A stretch of DNA of 64,000 nucleotides from Oscillospiraceae bacterium (GTDB lineage Bacteria; Bacillota; Clostridia; Oscillospirales; Acutalibacteraceae), in contig SVPG01000001.1 of the NCBI GenBank assembly GCA_015065975.1, positions 66,115 to 130,114 on the forward strand, written 5' to 3'. The translations under genes were made by a program, and so were the position numbers. Below the pieces are notes generated by a model. That model made no database searches and was not told the origin of the DNA. It saw only the letters and a list, made by a program, of their open reading frames with translations. This document shows, in pieces, positions 20,439 to 31,397 of this stretch. The first letter of the stretch is position 1, and every line of letters starts with the position of its first letter.

Positions 20439-22307
20439 TTACTCCTGTACCATGGTCTTTTCGATATCAGCTATCGCTGTGAACACCATTCTTCTAAGGA
20501 GAAGATCGTTATCGCCGTGCTCGACGGCATTGATTATATCTGCGAGCTGACCGAACACAACTTCCTTGCTCGGCGGGGTCGTTCCCTTTGCGACAAAGAT
20601 CTTTTCGTGCGAGGTTGTATCAACAGCCTCATTCTCCTGGACAAGCTCCTCATAGAGCTTTTCGCCCGGACGCAGACCCGTGACCTTGACCTCGATATCC
20701 TTGCCCGGCTCGAGACCGGAAAGTCTTATAAGGTCGCAGGCAAGGTCGTAAATCTTTATGGGTCTGCCCATATCGAGAATAAAGACCTCGCCGCCCTTGG
20801 CTATCGTTCCCGCAGTGAGAACAAGGGAAACCGCCTCGGGAATGGTCATGAAATAACGGGTTATGTCCCTGTGTGTTACGGTGACGGGGCCTCCCTCGGC
20901 TATCTGGCGCTTGAAGGTGGGGATAACGCTGCCGTTGGAGCCGAGTACGTTGCCGAATCTTACAGCCGCCATCTCGCAGCCGTTGCCGTTCATTGTCTGT
21001 ACGAGAAGCTCCGCCATACGCTTGGTTGCACCCATGATGTTGGTGGAGCGGACAGCCTTATCGGTCGAAATGAGAAGGAATCTCTTTGTATGATGCTTGA
21101 TACAGGTCTCGATAACATTGCGTGTACCGACGACATTGTTCTTTATCGCCTCGATCGGGTTGAGCTCCATCATCGGAACGTGCTTGTGAGCAGCCGCGTG
21201 AAGAACAAGATCGGGAGAGAACTTTTCGAAAACAGTATCAAGACGCTTGACATCTCTTACCGAACCGACAACCAGTTCATAATGACGGGTGTCGTATTTC
21301 TCCTTGAGCTCGGCATCAATTTCAAACAGTCCGTTCTCGTGGATATCGAATATGATGAGCTTGCCGCAGCCGTGGGCAAGAACCTGACGGCAGATCTCAC
21401 TTCCGATCGAGCCTGCACCGCCCGTTACAAGAACGGTTTTGCCTTCAAGCAGGTCGTAAACCTTTGTCATATCGGGCTGGATACTGTCTCTGAAGAGAAG
21501 GTCTTCAATTGAGACGTCCTTGAGAGCAGCTCTGTTGCCGACGAGGAAGCTGTCAACGTCAACCGAATCGCGGAAAATTCTCAGCTTGAGGTTTGCCTTG
21601 CTGCAGTTTTCATATATATCGGGAATAGCCGACTGGTTTATGGAAGGGATAGCAACAATTGCCTCGGTTGCTCTGTATTTCTTTGCTATCTGAGGGATAT
21701 CCTCAACGCTGCCCGCAACGGGAATTCCCGCAACTCTCATGCCGCGCTTGCGCTTGTCACTGTCGACCGCAACAACGGGATATATACCGTCCTCGCCGAG
21801 GGTTTCGCGCAGACGCTTGATGATCATTGCACCCGTTTTGCCCGCGCCGATGATTACCGTTCTCGACTGAGACTTGCTCTTTACATATCCGACAACAAGC
21901 CAGCGCTTGAGTCTCGGCACAAGTCTTATACCCATCGTCAGCATAAGAACGAATATGCAGTATATTATGGTTATCGAGCCTGAAATGTGGAACTCGGTTT
22001 TCGTCATACCGTCGAGAAGATGTGTGTATTTAATTACGAGGAAAACCGCACCCGAGAACATCGCACAGAATCCCTGACGCAGAATCTCTTCGACCGAGAT
22101 GTACGCCCAGATGCTCACATAGCTGCCGATAAGTATTCCCGAAAGGATTATCGTAGCGGCGGCAATAAGGAAATGAATGCCCATATTATTGAGATAATAC
22201 GCGGGGATATATCCCTCGAATCGCAGCCACACGGCGGCGAAAATCGCAGCCATACTCAGCACCGCATCACAGATAACATAGACAAACTGATGTCTTCTAA
22301 TACCCAT
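20439..22307 (-). CDS. Membrane-anchored nucleotide-sugar 4,6-dehydratase/epimerase (CapD/PglF/WbpM family)
   Basis: Four N-terminal TM helices, then two Rossmann domains (VIIGAGKTGAMI and LVTGGAGSIGSEICRQV). Confidence 0.8.
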   Translation of the reverse strand: MGIRRHQFVYVICDAVLSMAAIFAAVWLRFEGYIPAYYLNNMGIHFLIAAATIILSGILIGSYVSIWAYISVEEILRQGFCAMFSGAVFLVIKYTHLLDGMTKTEFHISGSITIIYCIFVLMLTMGIRLVPRLKRWLVVGYVKSKSQSRTVIIGAGKTGAMIIKRLRETLGEDGIYPVVAVDSDKRKRGMRVAGIPVAGSVEDIPQIAKKYRATEAIVAIPSINQSAIPDIYENCSKANLKLRIFRDSVDVDSFLVGNRAALKDVSIEDLLFRDSIQPDMTKVYDLLEGKTVLVTGGAGSIGSEICRQVLAHGCGKLIIFDIHENGLFEIDAELKEKYDTRHYELVVGSVRDVKRLDTVFEKFSPDLVLHAAAHKHVPMMELNPIEAIKNNVVGTRNVIETCIKHHTKRFLLISTDKAVRSTNIMGATKRMAELLVQTMNGNGCEMAAVRFGNVLGSNGSVIPTFKRQIAEGGPVTVTHRDITRYFMTIPEAVSLVLTAGTIAKGGEVFILDMGRPIKIYDLACDLIRLSGLEPGKDIEVKVTGLRPGEKLYEELVQENEAVDTTSHEKIFVAKGTTPPSKEVVFGQLADIINAVEHGDNDLLLRRMVFTAIADIEKTMVQE

Positions 22308-22312
22308 TTTAC

Positions 22313-22945
22313 TTATTCACCTTCATTGTCATTTTTATCATCTTCCGATTTATCTTCCTTATGCTGAGCTCCCTCGACTATACCGTCACTCCTGAGTACA
22401 GCACCGATAGTACCGAAGAAGCATTTTACATCAAAGCCAAAACTGATCTTCTGTGCATATTCGCCGTCGTAGCCTGCCTTTATCTCATCGGGCAGTTCAT
22501 CGCGGCCGTTGATCTGAGCCCATCCCGTAAGACCGGGACGGAGTGCTGCAGAACCGTTTTCCTCACGCAGTCTGAGAAGCTCGGTCTGATTTGCAAGAGC
22601 GGGACGCGGACCGATAACGGACATCTGACCCGCAAGTATGTTGAAGAGCTGGGGAAGCTCATCGATACTTGTCTTTCTGATAAAGCGTCCGACTGGGGTT
22701 ATGAATGTCTCGGGATTTTCAAGCATATGCGTCGGCATATCCTTCGGTGTATCCGTTCTCATCGAACGGAACTTCCATATTTTGAAAAGCTTTCCGTTTT
22801 TTCCGACCCTCTGCTGTTTGAAAAGAACCGGACCCTTTGATGTCAGTTTGATAAGCACTGCTACAATAATCATGACCGGAGACAGAATTATAATACCCAG
22901 AAAGGACATGACAATATCAAGCAGTCTTTTGAAAAATCCGTACAC
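22313..22945 (-). CDS. Small bacterial sugar transferase (PglC/WbaP C-terminal-domain-like phosphoglycosyl transferase)
   Basis: KRLLDIVMS...GPVLFKQQRVGKNGKLFKIWKFRSM...IGPRP motifs; acidic C-terminal tail. Confidence 0.8.
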   Translation of the reverse strand: MYGFFKRLLDIVMSFLGIIILSPVMIIVAVLIKLTSKGPVLFKQQRVGKNGKLFKIWKFRSMRTDTPKDMPTHMLENPETFITPVGRFIRKTSIDELPQLFNILAGQMSVIGPRPALANQTELLRLREENGSAALRPGLTGWAQINGRDELPDEIKAGYDGEYAQKISFGFDVKCFFGTIGAVLRSDGIVEGAQHKEDKSEDDKNDNEGE

Positions 22946-22974
22946 GAGAAATCACTCCACGATATATTTTTTGT

Positions 22975-23790
22975 TTATGCCTGCTGCTCTTCGCTTTGTG
23001 CAGCTTTTTTCGACTCGCTTCTTTTTGACATGATGCTGTAAACTATGTAGCCTATAACCGCTGCCACACCCGTAATCGCAAAGATGATGACGGTCAGCTT
23101 GTAATCCTTGTCGCGCAGGGCATCGCCCGCAAGTGTCGACGTCAGGATCGAAGGCGTTCTTGCGAGAAGTGAAAGCGCAAGAAATGTTCCAAGCTTCATT
23201 CTTGTCAGCCCTATAAGATATGTCATAAGATCCTTCGGCGTTCCGGGAATGAAGAATATCATAAACACAAGTCCGTTGAGACGGCGGTTGTTCTTTATGA
23301 TCTTCATGTTGTTTATCTTCTCACTGTCGACAAACAGCTCGACAAATCTTATTCCGAGCAGCTTTGTGAACATGAAGACGATCGACGAACCGACCGCAAC
23401 GCCTATGAGCGAATAGACAAGACCCATCCACGGGCCGAAGAGTATGCCCGCCGAAACCTCGACGACCTCTCCCGGAATGAGCGCGATGAAGACCTGAAGA
23501 ATCTGTATTCCGATATAGATCAGAACCGTCTTTACGGGCGAGCTTCTGTACATATCGCTCAGATATGTGAGGTCGAGATTGTCGGGGTCGATCCCCGAGG
23601 TGAGTCTCTCCCACAGCGATGCATCGGGATCAACAGTCTGAGCACCGCCGAAAAGCTGATCTATGAGCGGCTGAACTATATACACATGAGCAAAAAACAT
23701 CAGACCGACAAATATCACAACCGATACTATCGCGATTATCCTCTTTACAACGAGTTTTCTGCCTGCTGCAGGCTTCTTTTCTTTTTCCAT
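22975..23790 (-). CDS. TVP38/TMEM64 (DedA-like) family membrane protein
   Basis: DedA-type membrane profile; GILFGPWMG motif. Confidence 0.7.
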   Translation of the reverse strand: MEKEKKPAAGRKLVVKRIIAIVSVVIFVGLMFFAHVYIVQPLIDQLFGGAQTVDPDASLWERLTSGIDPDNLDLTYLSDMYRSSPVKTVLIYIGIQILQVFIALIPGEVVEVSAGILFGPWMGLVYSLIGVAVGSSIVFMFTKLLGIRFVELFVDSEKINNMKIIKNNRRLNGLVFMIFFIPGTPKDLMTYLIGLTRMKLGTFLALSLLARTPSILTSTLAGDALRDKDYKLTVIIFAITGVAAVIGYIVYSIMSKRSESKKAAQSEEQQA

Positions 23791-24098
23791 TATCGGACAT
23801 TCCTTTCGAGACTATCCCATATTAAAAATTCCGATATATTATACCATATGTTTACAGAAAAGTACAGTCAAATTTGACATCACCAACCTTTTACGGACAG
23901 ATTCAATGAAATTATCTCTTTTATCGGATTTGGCGATTTATTTTTGGCAATTTTCATCATATAAATTACTGCGAGTATACGAATTGCCGTCCGAAAAGCG
24001 CTATTGATTTTTATTACCCCGTATGATATTATTTTTAGTATATAGCCATTTTACGATCATATTCGGTCTGCCTGTGCAGGCTTTAGGAGGATTTACCC

Positions 24099-25445
24099 TT
24101 GGAAATCTGTGATAAATACACCGACCCTACAATTCAGGACATACGCGACGCCGACAATTCGTCCACCATGCCCTCCTTCATGTGCCGCTGGAATGTTGAA
24201 TCCATGCTCGGCAGGGGAAGCTTCGGCGCAGTCTATGAGATATCGAAGCTTGCCGCAACAGCAAGCAAGCCCTCTGCGCTCAAGGTCATCTGCGTTGACG
24301 GCGGAAACAACAACGATTTCGAAAAGGAAGTTCAGATTCTCCAGTCGCTTGACAGCAGATATCTGACCCGTATCGAGGATTTTGACGAGGTTACAACCGC
24401 TGACGGAAAACGCAGCTATCTCCTCATTCGCATGGAGCTTCTCCACAAGCTTCCGCGCGAAACCATGAGCGTCCCCGAGGTCATACGCATGGGCAAGCAG
24501 ATATGCGCCGCTCTGACCGAGTGCCACAACTCCAACCCCGTTATAATCCACCGCGACATCAAGCCCGACAACATAATGGTCGCCGATTCGGGAATATACA
24601 AGCTGGGCGATTTCGGCTCATCGAGAGTTGTCGACAAGAATCAGGCAATGACCTCCATCGGCACTCCCTACTATATGCCGCCCGAGATTGCCGCATATCA
24701 GCCTTATGACCACAGGGCGGACATATATTCTCTCGGAATTACTATGTACGTTCTTCTCAACAAGGGAAAGCAGCCCTTCTCCGAAGGCGGAGACCGCGAC
24801 CAGGCAATAAGACGCCGACTTTCGGGTGAGCTTCTTCCCGAGATACCGGGCTGTCCTCCTCTGCTTATAAACCTCCTGCGCAGAGCAACGGCAAAGGATC
24901 CGAAATACCGTTTCGAAAGCGCTGCCGAATTCTCCCGCGCACTTGACAGTGTTCTGATAGCACCGTCCGCAGCCTCTCTTCCCGTACAGCCTGTTACAAG
25001 AGCTGTTCCCTCACCCTCACCCGCACCCGCACCTGCACCCGTTGTCACACAGCAGCCCGTGCGCACAAATTACAGCGCACCCGTAACCCCGCCCGCAGGC
25101 GGCGCAAACTACAGCAACACCACAAACCCGTACAACACAACGGGCTATCCCAATATGACAGGTCAGCAGCCCGCAAATCAGTTCAATCTCCAGAACTACA
25201 TTCCGCTCGAAAAGTTCCCCGTACTGTCCGCCGCTCTGAGCGGGGCAGGTCTCTTCTTCGTTCTTATCTCACTTATAACCCTGAGCGCGGGATTATCCGT
25301 TTTCGGACTTATCCTCGCCGTTCCTGGATTGATATTCGCACTCAACGCAAAGAAGAACGGGCTTCTCTCAACAGCGACAAAATCGGCCATGATTATGGCA
25401 GGCATAACATTTTTCCTGTTTTTCATTTCGATTATAGTTATATAA
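24099..25445 (+). CDS. Serine/threonine protein kinase with Pro/Thr/Ala-rich linker and C-terminal TM helices
   Basis: GRGSFGAVY...HRDIKPDNIM...DFGSS...YYMPPE Hanks motifs; AGGAGG RBS with a TTG start; C-terminal hydrophobic segments. Confidence 0.8.
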   Translation: MEICDKYTDPTIQDIRDADNSSTMPSFMCRWNVESMLGRGSFGAVYEISKLAATASKPSALKVICVDGGNNNDFEKEVQILQSLDSRYLTRIEDFDEVTTADGKRSYLLIRMELLHKLPRETMSVPEVIRMGKQICAALTECHNSNPVIIHRDIKPDNIMVADSGIYKLGDFGSSRVVDKNQAMTSIGTPYYMPPEIAAYQPYDHRADIYSLGITMYVLLNKGKQPFSEGGDRDQAIRRRLSGELLPEIPGCPPLLINLLRRATAKDPKYRFESAAEFSRALDSVLIAPSAASLPVQPVTRAVPSPSPAPAPAPVVTQQPVRTNYSAPVTPPAGGANYSNTTNPYNTTGYPNMTGQQPANQFNLQNYIPLEKFPVLSAALSGAGLFFVLISLITLSAGLSVFGLILAVPGLIFALNAKKNGLLSTATKSAMIMAGITFFLFFISIIVI

Positions 25446-25449
25446 AGAA

Positions 25450-25480
25450 AAAGGACGGTCGATTCGACCGTCCTTTTTTG
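25450..25480. terminator. Bidirectional terminator between the kinase and the GH5 gene
   Basis: aaggacggtcgattcgaccgtcctttttt. Confidence 0.6.
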
Positions 25481-25483
25481 ATT

Positions 25484-26533
25484 TTACTGATATCTGTCCA
25501 TGATCTCTCTGAAATAGAGACCCGACTCACGATACTCCTCTTCGGGCCAGTCTCCTTCCATATTTGCATAGGAAGCGAGAACGTTGGTGCCCTCATTTAC
25601 GTTGGAGCCGTACTGCCACATGCACCAGCTGAGAGAATTTTCGTCCATGAACTCGATCCATTCCTCGGTCTCCTCACGGAAAACCTTGCCTGCACCCGAA
25701 GAATCGGTCATACCCCACTCTGTTACGAAAACTGCCATTCCAGCATCGAGAGCAACCTTGGTCTTTGCTCTGAGCTCATCGCCGTGAGAGCCGGAATAGA
25801 AATGCATTGTGTACATGAGGTTGTCGCCGACGATGGGATTCTTTGCGGTGATATCGAGATCCTGGCTGTATGTGCTGGAACCGATGATGATGATATTATC
25901 GGGGTCATTTTCACGGATAGCCTCGATGACTTCCACAGCGTACGGGCGGATATTATCCTCCCATGTTACCTCGTAACCGGTCTTCTCGGTGTTGGGCTCG
26001 TTGCAGATTTCATAGATAAGTCTCGGGTCGTCGCCGTAGGTTTCGCTTATATAGCTGAAGAATTCAACAGCCTCATCCTTGTACATAAGGGGATCGCCGT
26101 CGTAAAGAATGTGCCAGTCAACGATATAATAGAGGTTGTTGTCCTGACAGACCTTGATAGCCGGCTCAAGGATTCCCATTACCTCTTCCTTGTGGGTGGG
26201 ATAGCCTGTATGACCCTCATATGTATACATAGCAAGTCTGAAAATATCGATACCCCAATCGTCTGCAAGAGTGCCGATGCAGCCGTCGTTGAGTCTGAAC
26301 TGGGAATAAACAAGATTGGAGGTGCTCAGTCCGCGAAGCTGTACGGGTTTGCCGTCCTCACCGCAAAGCTTGCCATCCTTGACCTGAAGCTGTCCGTACT
26401 TGGGTTCAGCCGTTTCGACAACGTCGGTCTCCGACACATTCGTATCGGGAGTGTTTGCTGCACTTTCGGTACAGCCTGCCATGACTGACATAACCATCAT
26501 CACAGCAAGGATAAGTGCGATAAATTTCTTCAT
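25484..26533 (-). CDS. Glycoside hydrolase family 5 endoglucanase (cellulase), lipoprotein
   Basis: Signal peptide plus lipobox (MAGCTES); catalytic motifs IYEICNEPN and VFVTEWG. Confidence 0.85.
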   Translation of the reverse strand: MKKFIALILAVMMVMSVMAGCTESAANTPDTNVSETDVVETAEPKYGQLQVKDGKLCGEDGKPVQLRGLSTSNLVYSQFRLNDGCIGTLADDWGIDIFRLAMYTYEGHTGYPTHKEEVMGILEPAIKVCQDNNLYYIVDWHILYDGDPLMYKDEAVEFFSYISETYGDDPRLIYEICNEPNTEKTGYEVTWEDNIRPYAVEVIEAIRENDPDNIIIIGSSTYSQDLDITAKNPIVGDNLMYTMHFYSGSHGDELRAKTKVALDAGMAVFVTEWGMTDSSGAGKVFREETEEWIEFMDENSLSWCMWQYGSNVNEGTNVLASYANMEGDWPEEEYRESGLYFREIMDRYQ

Positions 26534-26598
26534 TTGAGATATCTTCCTTTCGTTGCTTTATGTCAGCGGTGCAAGCCGCACACCGCCAAAGTCCGTCA

Positions 26599-27231
26599 TC
26601 AGTTATTCTTTACGTCCTTTATCTTGTGGGTATAGGGCATAAGCAGAGCATAAACAAAATCGAGCACGCCTTCGACCGTCAGAACGATTCCGCCCGTGCG
26701 GAATTTCTCGACAGCGGCACCGCCGCCCATACTCACCATAAGGAAAACTCCGATTATTGCGGTTGCGATGGAGATCGCCAGCAGGACTCCGCCTCTGCTG
26801 CCTCCGAATTTTATGACCTTGAGGGCTGCGGTAAGCGCAAAAAAGCTCTTTATGAGAACTACTCCGCCGATCACCGTTCCGACAATCGCACTCGTCGCGC
26901 CTTCGCTCAGGAAAACGATAACAGCAAAAACTGCCGCCGCTGCGCCGCACACAAACTTCAGATTTGCGATCCTGTCGGCCTTGTCGTTGTTTCCGCTGCG
27001 TGACTTGTAGCCCGTAAATGCAACTATCGAGCCGACCGCGAGCAGGAGCGCTCCGAGCACAAACTGAATGATGTCGGTCACCTGCTCGGGCATTATCGCC
27101 ATAAACAGACCCACCGCGCACAGCAGAACAGCAATCACTATATAAGCCGCTCTTCTTCCCGCAGTTGCATTCTCAAGCGGATTCTGCTTGCTTCTGACCT
27201 TCTCGATCGTGTCCTTGAAACCGTTATTCAT
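26599..27231 (-). CDS. HdeD/DUF308 family membrane protein
   Basis: Six-helix profile with paired GxxxG-rich segments typical of HdeD/DUF308. Confidence 0.6.
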   Translation of the reverse strand: MNNGFKDTIEKVRSKQNPLENATAGRRAAYIVIAVLLCAVGLFMAIMPEQVTDIIQFVLGALLLAVGSIVAFTGYKSRSGNNDKADRIANLKFVCGAAAAVFAVIVFLSEGATSAIVGTVIGGVVLIKSFFALTAALKVIKFGGSRGGVLLAISIATAIIGVFLMVSMGGGAAVEKFRTGGIVLTVEGVLDFVYALLMPYTHKIKDVKNN

Positions 27232-27446
27232 TTTTGTACCCGCCTTTCACGGTTTTATCGTAAACGTTTACCAACTTACTGATACCAATTTAATTATTCG
27301 TATTATAACATCACACAACTTTACTGTCAATAAATCTCAGCCGCCACTTGCCGTTTTTACACATATTTAACGCAGATAAATATTGCGGCACACGCTCCGA
27401 TTCTGTATAATGAATCTGTACACTATGATTTTCGAGGTTATGATAT

Positions 27447-28130
27447 ATGATTTATCTTGTAGAAGATGACGGCAGCATAAGAGATCTTGTCATTTATGCC
27501 CTCAACGGAACAGGGCTTCCCGCAAAAGGTTTCGACCGCCCCTCCCGCTTCTGGACCGCGATCGAGAGTGAGCTTCCCGACCTTATTCTTCTGGACATAA
27601 TGCTTCCCGAAGAGGACGGTCTGACCCTGCTCAAAAAGCTGCGTTCACGTGTCTCGACCGCTCACATACCTGTAATCATGCTCACCGCAAAGGGCAGCGA
27701 ATTCGACAAGGTGCTCGGTCTTGACAGCGGCGCCGACGACTATATTCCGAAGCCCTTCGGCATGATGGAGCTCATATCGCGCATCAAGGCTCTCCTGCGG
27801 CGCACAGCGAAGAATTCTCCTCCCGCCGAATATACTCTGCAGAATCTCAGCGTATGCCCCGACAAGCACATCGTCACCGTTGACGGGCAGTCTGTCTCGC
27901 TTACGTTAAAGGAGTTTGAGCTTCTCTGTCTGCTGCTTGAAAACTGCGGAATAGTTCTCACCCGTGACACCATTCACGACCGCATATGGGGCTACGGTTT
28001 CGACGGCGAAAGCCGCACCGTTGACGTGCATATCCGAACTCTGCGTCAGAAGCTCGGGACTGCGGGCGAGCTTATAAAGACCGTTCGCGGTATCGGTTAC
28101 AAAATCGGAGGAAACGACATTGAGGTATAA
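27447..28130 (+). CDS. OmpR-family response regulator
   Basis: Receiver domain (LILLDIMLPEEDG) plus winged-helix domain (RTVDVHIRTLRQKL). Confidence 0.85.
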   Translation: MIYLVEDDGSIRDLVIYALNGTGLPAKGFDRPSRFWTAIESELPDLILLDIMLPEEDGLTLLKKLRSRVSTAHIPVIMLTAKGSEFDKVLGLDSGADDYIPKPFGMMELISRIKALLRRTAKNSPPAEYTLQNLSVCPDKHIVTVDGQSVSLTLKEFELLCLLLENCGIVLTRDTIHDRIWGYGFDGESRTVDVHIRTLRQKLGTAGELIKTVRGIGYKIGGNDIEV

Positions 28131-29487
28131 AATATTCAAAAACATATTTTTTACTGCCATGACATCGTTTCTGCTGTGTCTTACTCTGGTGGTCGGAGTG
28201 CTCTATCGGCATTTTTCCGATCAGCAGTGGGACGATCTGAAAAACGAGTCGTCATATCTCGTATCGGCGGTCGAGCACGGCGGCACCGATGTCCTCGGAG
28301 AAATGACTTCGGGCACCTCCTCGAGAATAACCCTTATCGACACCGACGGCACCGTACTTTTCGACAACGTCTCACAGGCAGAAAAAATGGAATCGCACAG
28401 CGGACGCGAGGAATTTCTTCAGGCGCTCGACAGCGGTATCGGAAAGAGCTCCCGTTTTTCAACCACCCTTTCCGAAAAGACGGACAACTACGCCGTCAGA
28501 CTTGCCGACGGCAAGGTGTTGAGAGTTTCGTCCATACGCAACACCACTCTCACACTCGTTGCCGATATGCTTTTCCCGAGCGTGCTGATAATCGCGGTCG
28601 CCATAATTCTCTCGGTATTCTTTGCAGCCCGACTCTCGGGCAGTATAACCGAGCCGATCAACCGAATAGACCTCGACAACCCCGACGGCAGGGATATATA
28701 CGATGAGCTCAAACCGCTTGTCGACAGAATCAACACCCAGAACAAGCAGATTCAGCTTCAGATAAACGAAATGAAGGAAACCCACGAGCAGCAGGATTCG
28801 ATGCGTCGGGAGTTCACCTCCAACGTGTCGCACGAGCTGAAAACACCGCTTACCTCCATTTCGGGAACCGCCGAAATGATGTGCAGCGGTCTTATAAAAC
28901 AGGAGGATATTCCTCATTTTGCCGAGAATATCTATAAGGAATCGCAGAGGCTTATCGTGCTTGTCGGCGACCTTATGAAGCTTTCGCAGATGGACGAGGG
29001 CGCCGTCGCCTTCTCCCCCGAGCCCGTCGACCTGTACGACATATGCGCCGATGTTATTTCGGGACTTTCGGGACAGGCTCAGAAAAAGAATATCACCTTC
29101 ACCCTCGACGGCAGCCGCGCCCGTGTCAGCGGCTCGGAAAAAATCATTGACGAGATGGTATACAATCTTTGCGACAACGCTATCAAGTACAACCGAGAAA
29201 ACGGCGAAATCACCGTCAGGCTCGCAAAAGATGACGACCGAGTTATCCTTACCGTTGCCGATACGGGTATCGGTATCCCGCGCGACGCTCTCGACCGTAT
29301 ATTCGAGCGTTTTTATCGGGTCGACAAGAGTCACTCGAGAGCGGTCAACGGCACAGGTCTCGGTCTTGCAATCGTAAAACACGGAGCTCTTCTCCACGAC
29401 GCCGAAATTTCGGTCGACAGCGAGCTCGGCAAAGGCACCTCCATAAGCATAGGCTTCAAGGCTGCCGACGCCCCCGATTTTACATAG
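28120..29487 (+). CDS. Sensor histidine kinase (PhoR-like)
   Basis: Two TM helices, an H-box (SHELKTPLTSI), and N/G1/G2 boxes (DTGIGIP, GTGLGLAIV). Confidence 0.85.
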   Translation: MRYKIFKNIFFTAMTSFLLCLTLVVGVLYRHFSDQQWDDLKNESSYLVSAVEHGGTDVLGEMTSGTSSRITLIDTDGTVLFDNVSQAEKMESHSGREEFLQALDSGIGKSSRFSTTLSEKTDNYAVRLADGKVLRVSSIRNTTLTLVADMLFPSVLIIAVAIILSVFFAARLSGSITEPINRIDLDNPDGRDIYDELKPLVDRINTQNKQIQLQINEMKETHEQQDSMRREFTSNVSHELKTPLTSISGTAEMMCSGLIKQEDIPHFAENIYKESQRLIVLVGDLMKLSQMDEGAVAFSPEPVDLYDICADVISGLSGQAQKKNITFTLDGSRARVSGSEKIIDEMVYNLCDNAIKYNRENGEITVRLAKDDDRVILTVADTGIGIPRDALDRIFERFYRVDKSHSRAVNGTGLGLAIVKHGALLHDAEISVDSELGKGTSISIGFKAADAPDFT

Positions 29488-29576
29488 ATTTAACAAAACC
29501 GAGGTTAAACATTTTACATTGCGCAATTATATTTATTGTGTCGAATTTTGTTTGTAAAACGGAAAGGAAAAGAGAA

Positions 29577-31325
29577 ATGGATATTTTTTCTGTAATCACC
29601 CTTATGGGCGGTCTCGCCTTCTTCCTCTACGGCATGACCGTAATGTCAAGCGGACTCGAAAGAATGTCGGGCGGAAAGCTTGAGCGCTCGCTCAAGAAGA
29701 TGACCTCAAATCCGTTCACCAGTCTTCTTCTCGGCGCAGGCATCACGATCGCCATTCAGTCCTCCTCCGCAATGACCGTTATGCTCGTCGGTCTTGTAAA
29801 CTCGGGCATCATGGATATCAGCCAGACCGTCGGCGTCATAATGGGTTCCAACATCGGTACCACACTTACCGCATGGCTGCTTTCTCTCGTCGGTCTTGAG
29901 ACTGACAACGTCTGGATAAAAATGCTCAAGCCCGAAAACTTCTCGCTCCTGTTTGCGTTTATCGGCATACTTCTCATCATGATATCCAAGAGCGCAAAGA
30001 AAAAGGACATCGGCGCGATTTTCGTTGGATTTGCAGTTCTGATGTTCGGTATGGAGCTTATGGGCAACGCCGTAAGTCCTCTCGCCGATATGCCTGAATT
30101 CTCGAGTCTTCTCACAGCATTCGAAAACCCGCTGCTCGGCGTGCTCGTCGGTGCAATATTCACGGGTGTAATCCAGAGCTCTGCCGCATCGGTCGCAATT
30201 CTCCAGGCTCTCGCTCTGACCGGAAAGATTTCCTACGGTATGGCAATCCCCGTTATTATGGGTCAGAACATCGGCACCTGTGTCACAGCTATTATTTCCA
30301 GTATCGGCGTCAACAGAAATGCAAAGAAGGTCGCCGTCATACACATCTCCTTCAACGTAATCGGAACGGGAATCTTCCTCGCAATTTATTACGGCCTGAG
30401 ACAGTTCATCGATTTCTCGTTCGAAAGCCTGCCCATCGGCTCGGTCGGTATCGCAGCCGCACACAGTATCTTCAACATTGCAACAACGCTCATGCTTCTC
30501 CCCTTCTCCAAGCTTCTTGTCAAAATCGCAAACTTTTTCCTTCGCGACAGCAAGAAGTCTGCCGACGACCGCACAGAGCTTGTTGACGACCGTCTCCTCA
30601 ACACCCCGACCGTCGCTATCGCAGAGTGCGATTCTCTCACCGCAAAAATGGCAATCATCGCAAAGGATACTCTGCTCGCCGCAATAGATATGGTGGGCAA
30701 TTACAGTGAAGATAAAGCAAAAAGCATTTATGAAAACGAAAATACCCTTGACCTCTATGAGGACAGGCTCAGCACATATCTCGTAAAGATTTCTTCAAAG
30801 ACCCTTTCCGAGTCCGATTCCCACAAGGTTTCAAAGATTCTTCATGCCATCGGCGATTTCGAGAGACTGGGCGACCATGCCGTAAATATTCTCAAAACCG
30901 CAAAAGAGCTTTACGACAAGGACATTTCCTTCTCGGACAAGGCTCAGAATGAAATTCAGGTTCTGACCGAGGCTCTCAAAGAGATTCTCACCATCACAAC
31001 AAGCGCGTACGAGAATAACGATCTTGAGCTCGCAACTCAGATCGAACCGCTCGAGCAGGTCATCGACAATCTCGTATACACTATCCGCAACAACCACATC
31101 GCCCGTCTCCAGGCAGGCAACTGCACCATCGAAATGGGCTTCATACTCTCCGATCTGCTTACAAACTACGAGCGTGTTTCCGACCACTGCTCCAACCTTG
31201 CAGCTTCGATGATCGAGCTCTCCCACAACACCTTCGATACTCACAAGTATCTCAACACCATCAAGTACGGCAACCGCAAGTTCAACGAATCGTACGAGCA
31301 GTACCGTTCACGCTACTTTGTATAA
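29577..31325 (+). CDS. Na/Pi cotransporter family protein with C-terminal PhoU-like domains
   Basis: NptA-type membrane repeats (QSSSA...) and two PhoU-like helical repeats. Start at the ATG at 29577 behind GGAAAGGAAAAGAGAA. Confidence 0.8.
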   Translation: MDIFSVITLMGGLAFFLYGMTVMSSGLERMSGGKLERSLKKMTSNPFTSLLLGAGITIAIQSSSAMTVMLVGLVNSGIMDISQTVGVIMGSNIGTTLTAWLLSLVGLETDNVWIKMLKPENFSLLFAFIGILLIMISKSAKKKDIGAIFVGFAVLMFGMELMGNAVSPLADMPEFSSLLTAFENPLLGVLVGAIFTGVIQSSAASVAILQALALTGKISYGMAIPVIMGQNIGTCVTAIISSIGVNRNAKKVAVIHISFNVIGTGIFLAIYYGLRQFIDFSFESLPIGSVGIAAAHSIFNIATTLMLLPFSKLLVKIANFFLRDSKKSADDRTELVDDRLLNTPTVAIAECDSLTAKMAIIAKDTLLAAIDMVGNYSEDKAKSIYENENTLDLYEDRLSTYLVKISSKTLSESDSHKVSKILHAIGDFERLGDHAVNILKTAKELYDKDISFSDKAQNEIQVLTEALKEILTITTSAYENNDLELATQIEPLEQVIDNLVYTIRNNHIARLQAGNCTIEMGFILSDLLTNYERVSDHCSNLAASMIELSHNTFDTHKYLNTIKYGNRKFNESYEQYRSRYFV

Positions 31326-31397
31326 TCACTGAAATACGGCAGCGGGCGATATACAGATCGTATATCGCCCGCTGTTTATTGTTATCAGTATTATAAT

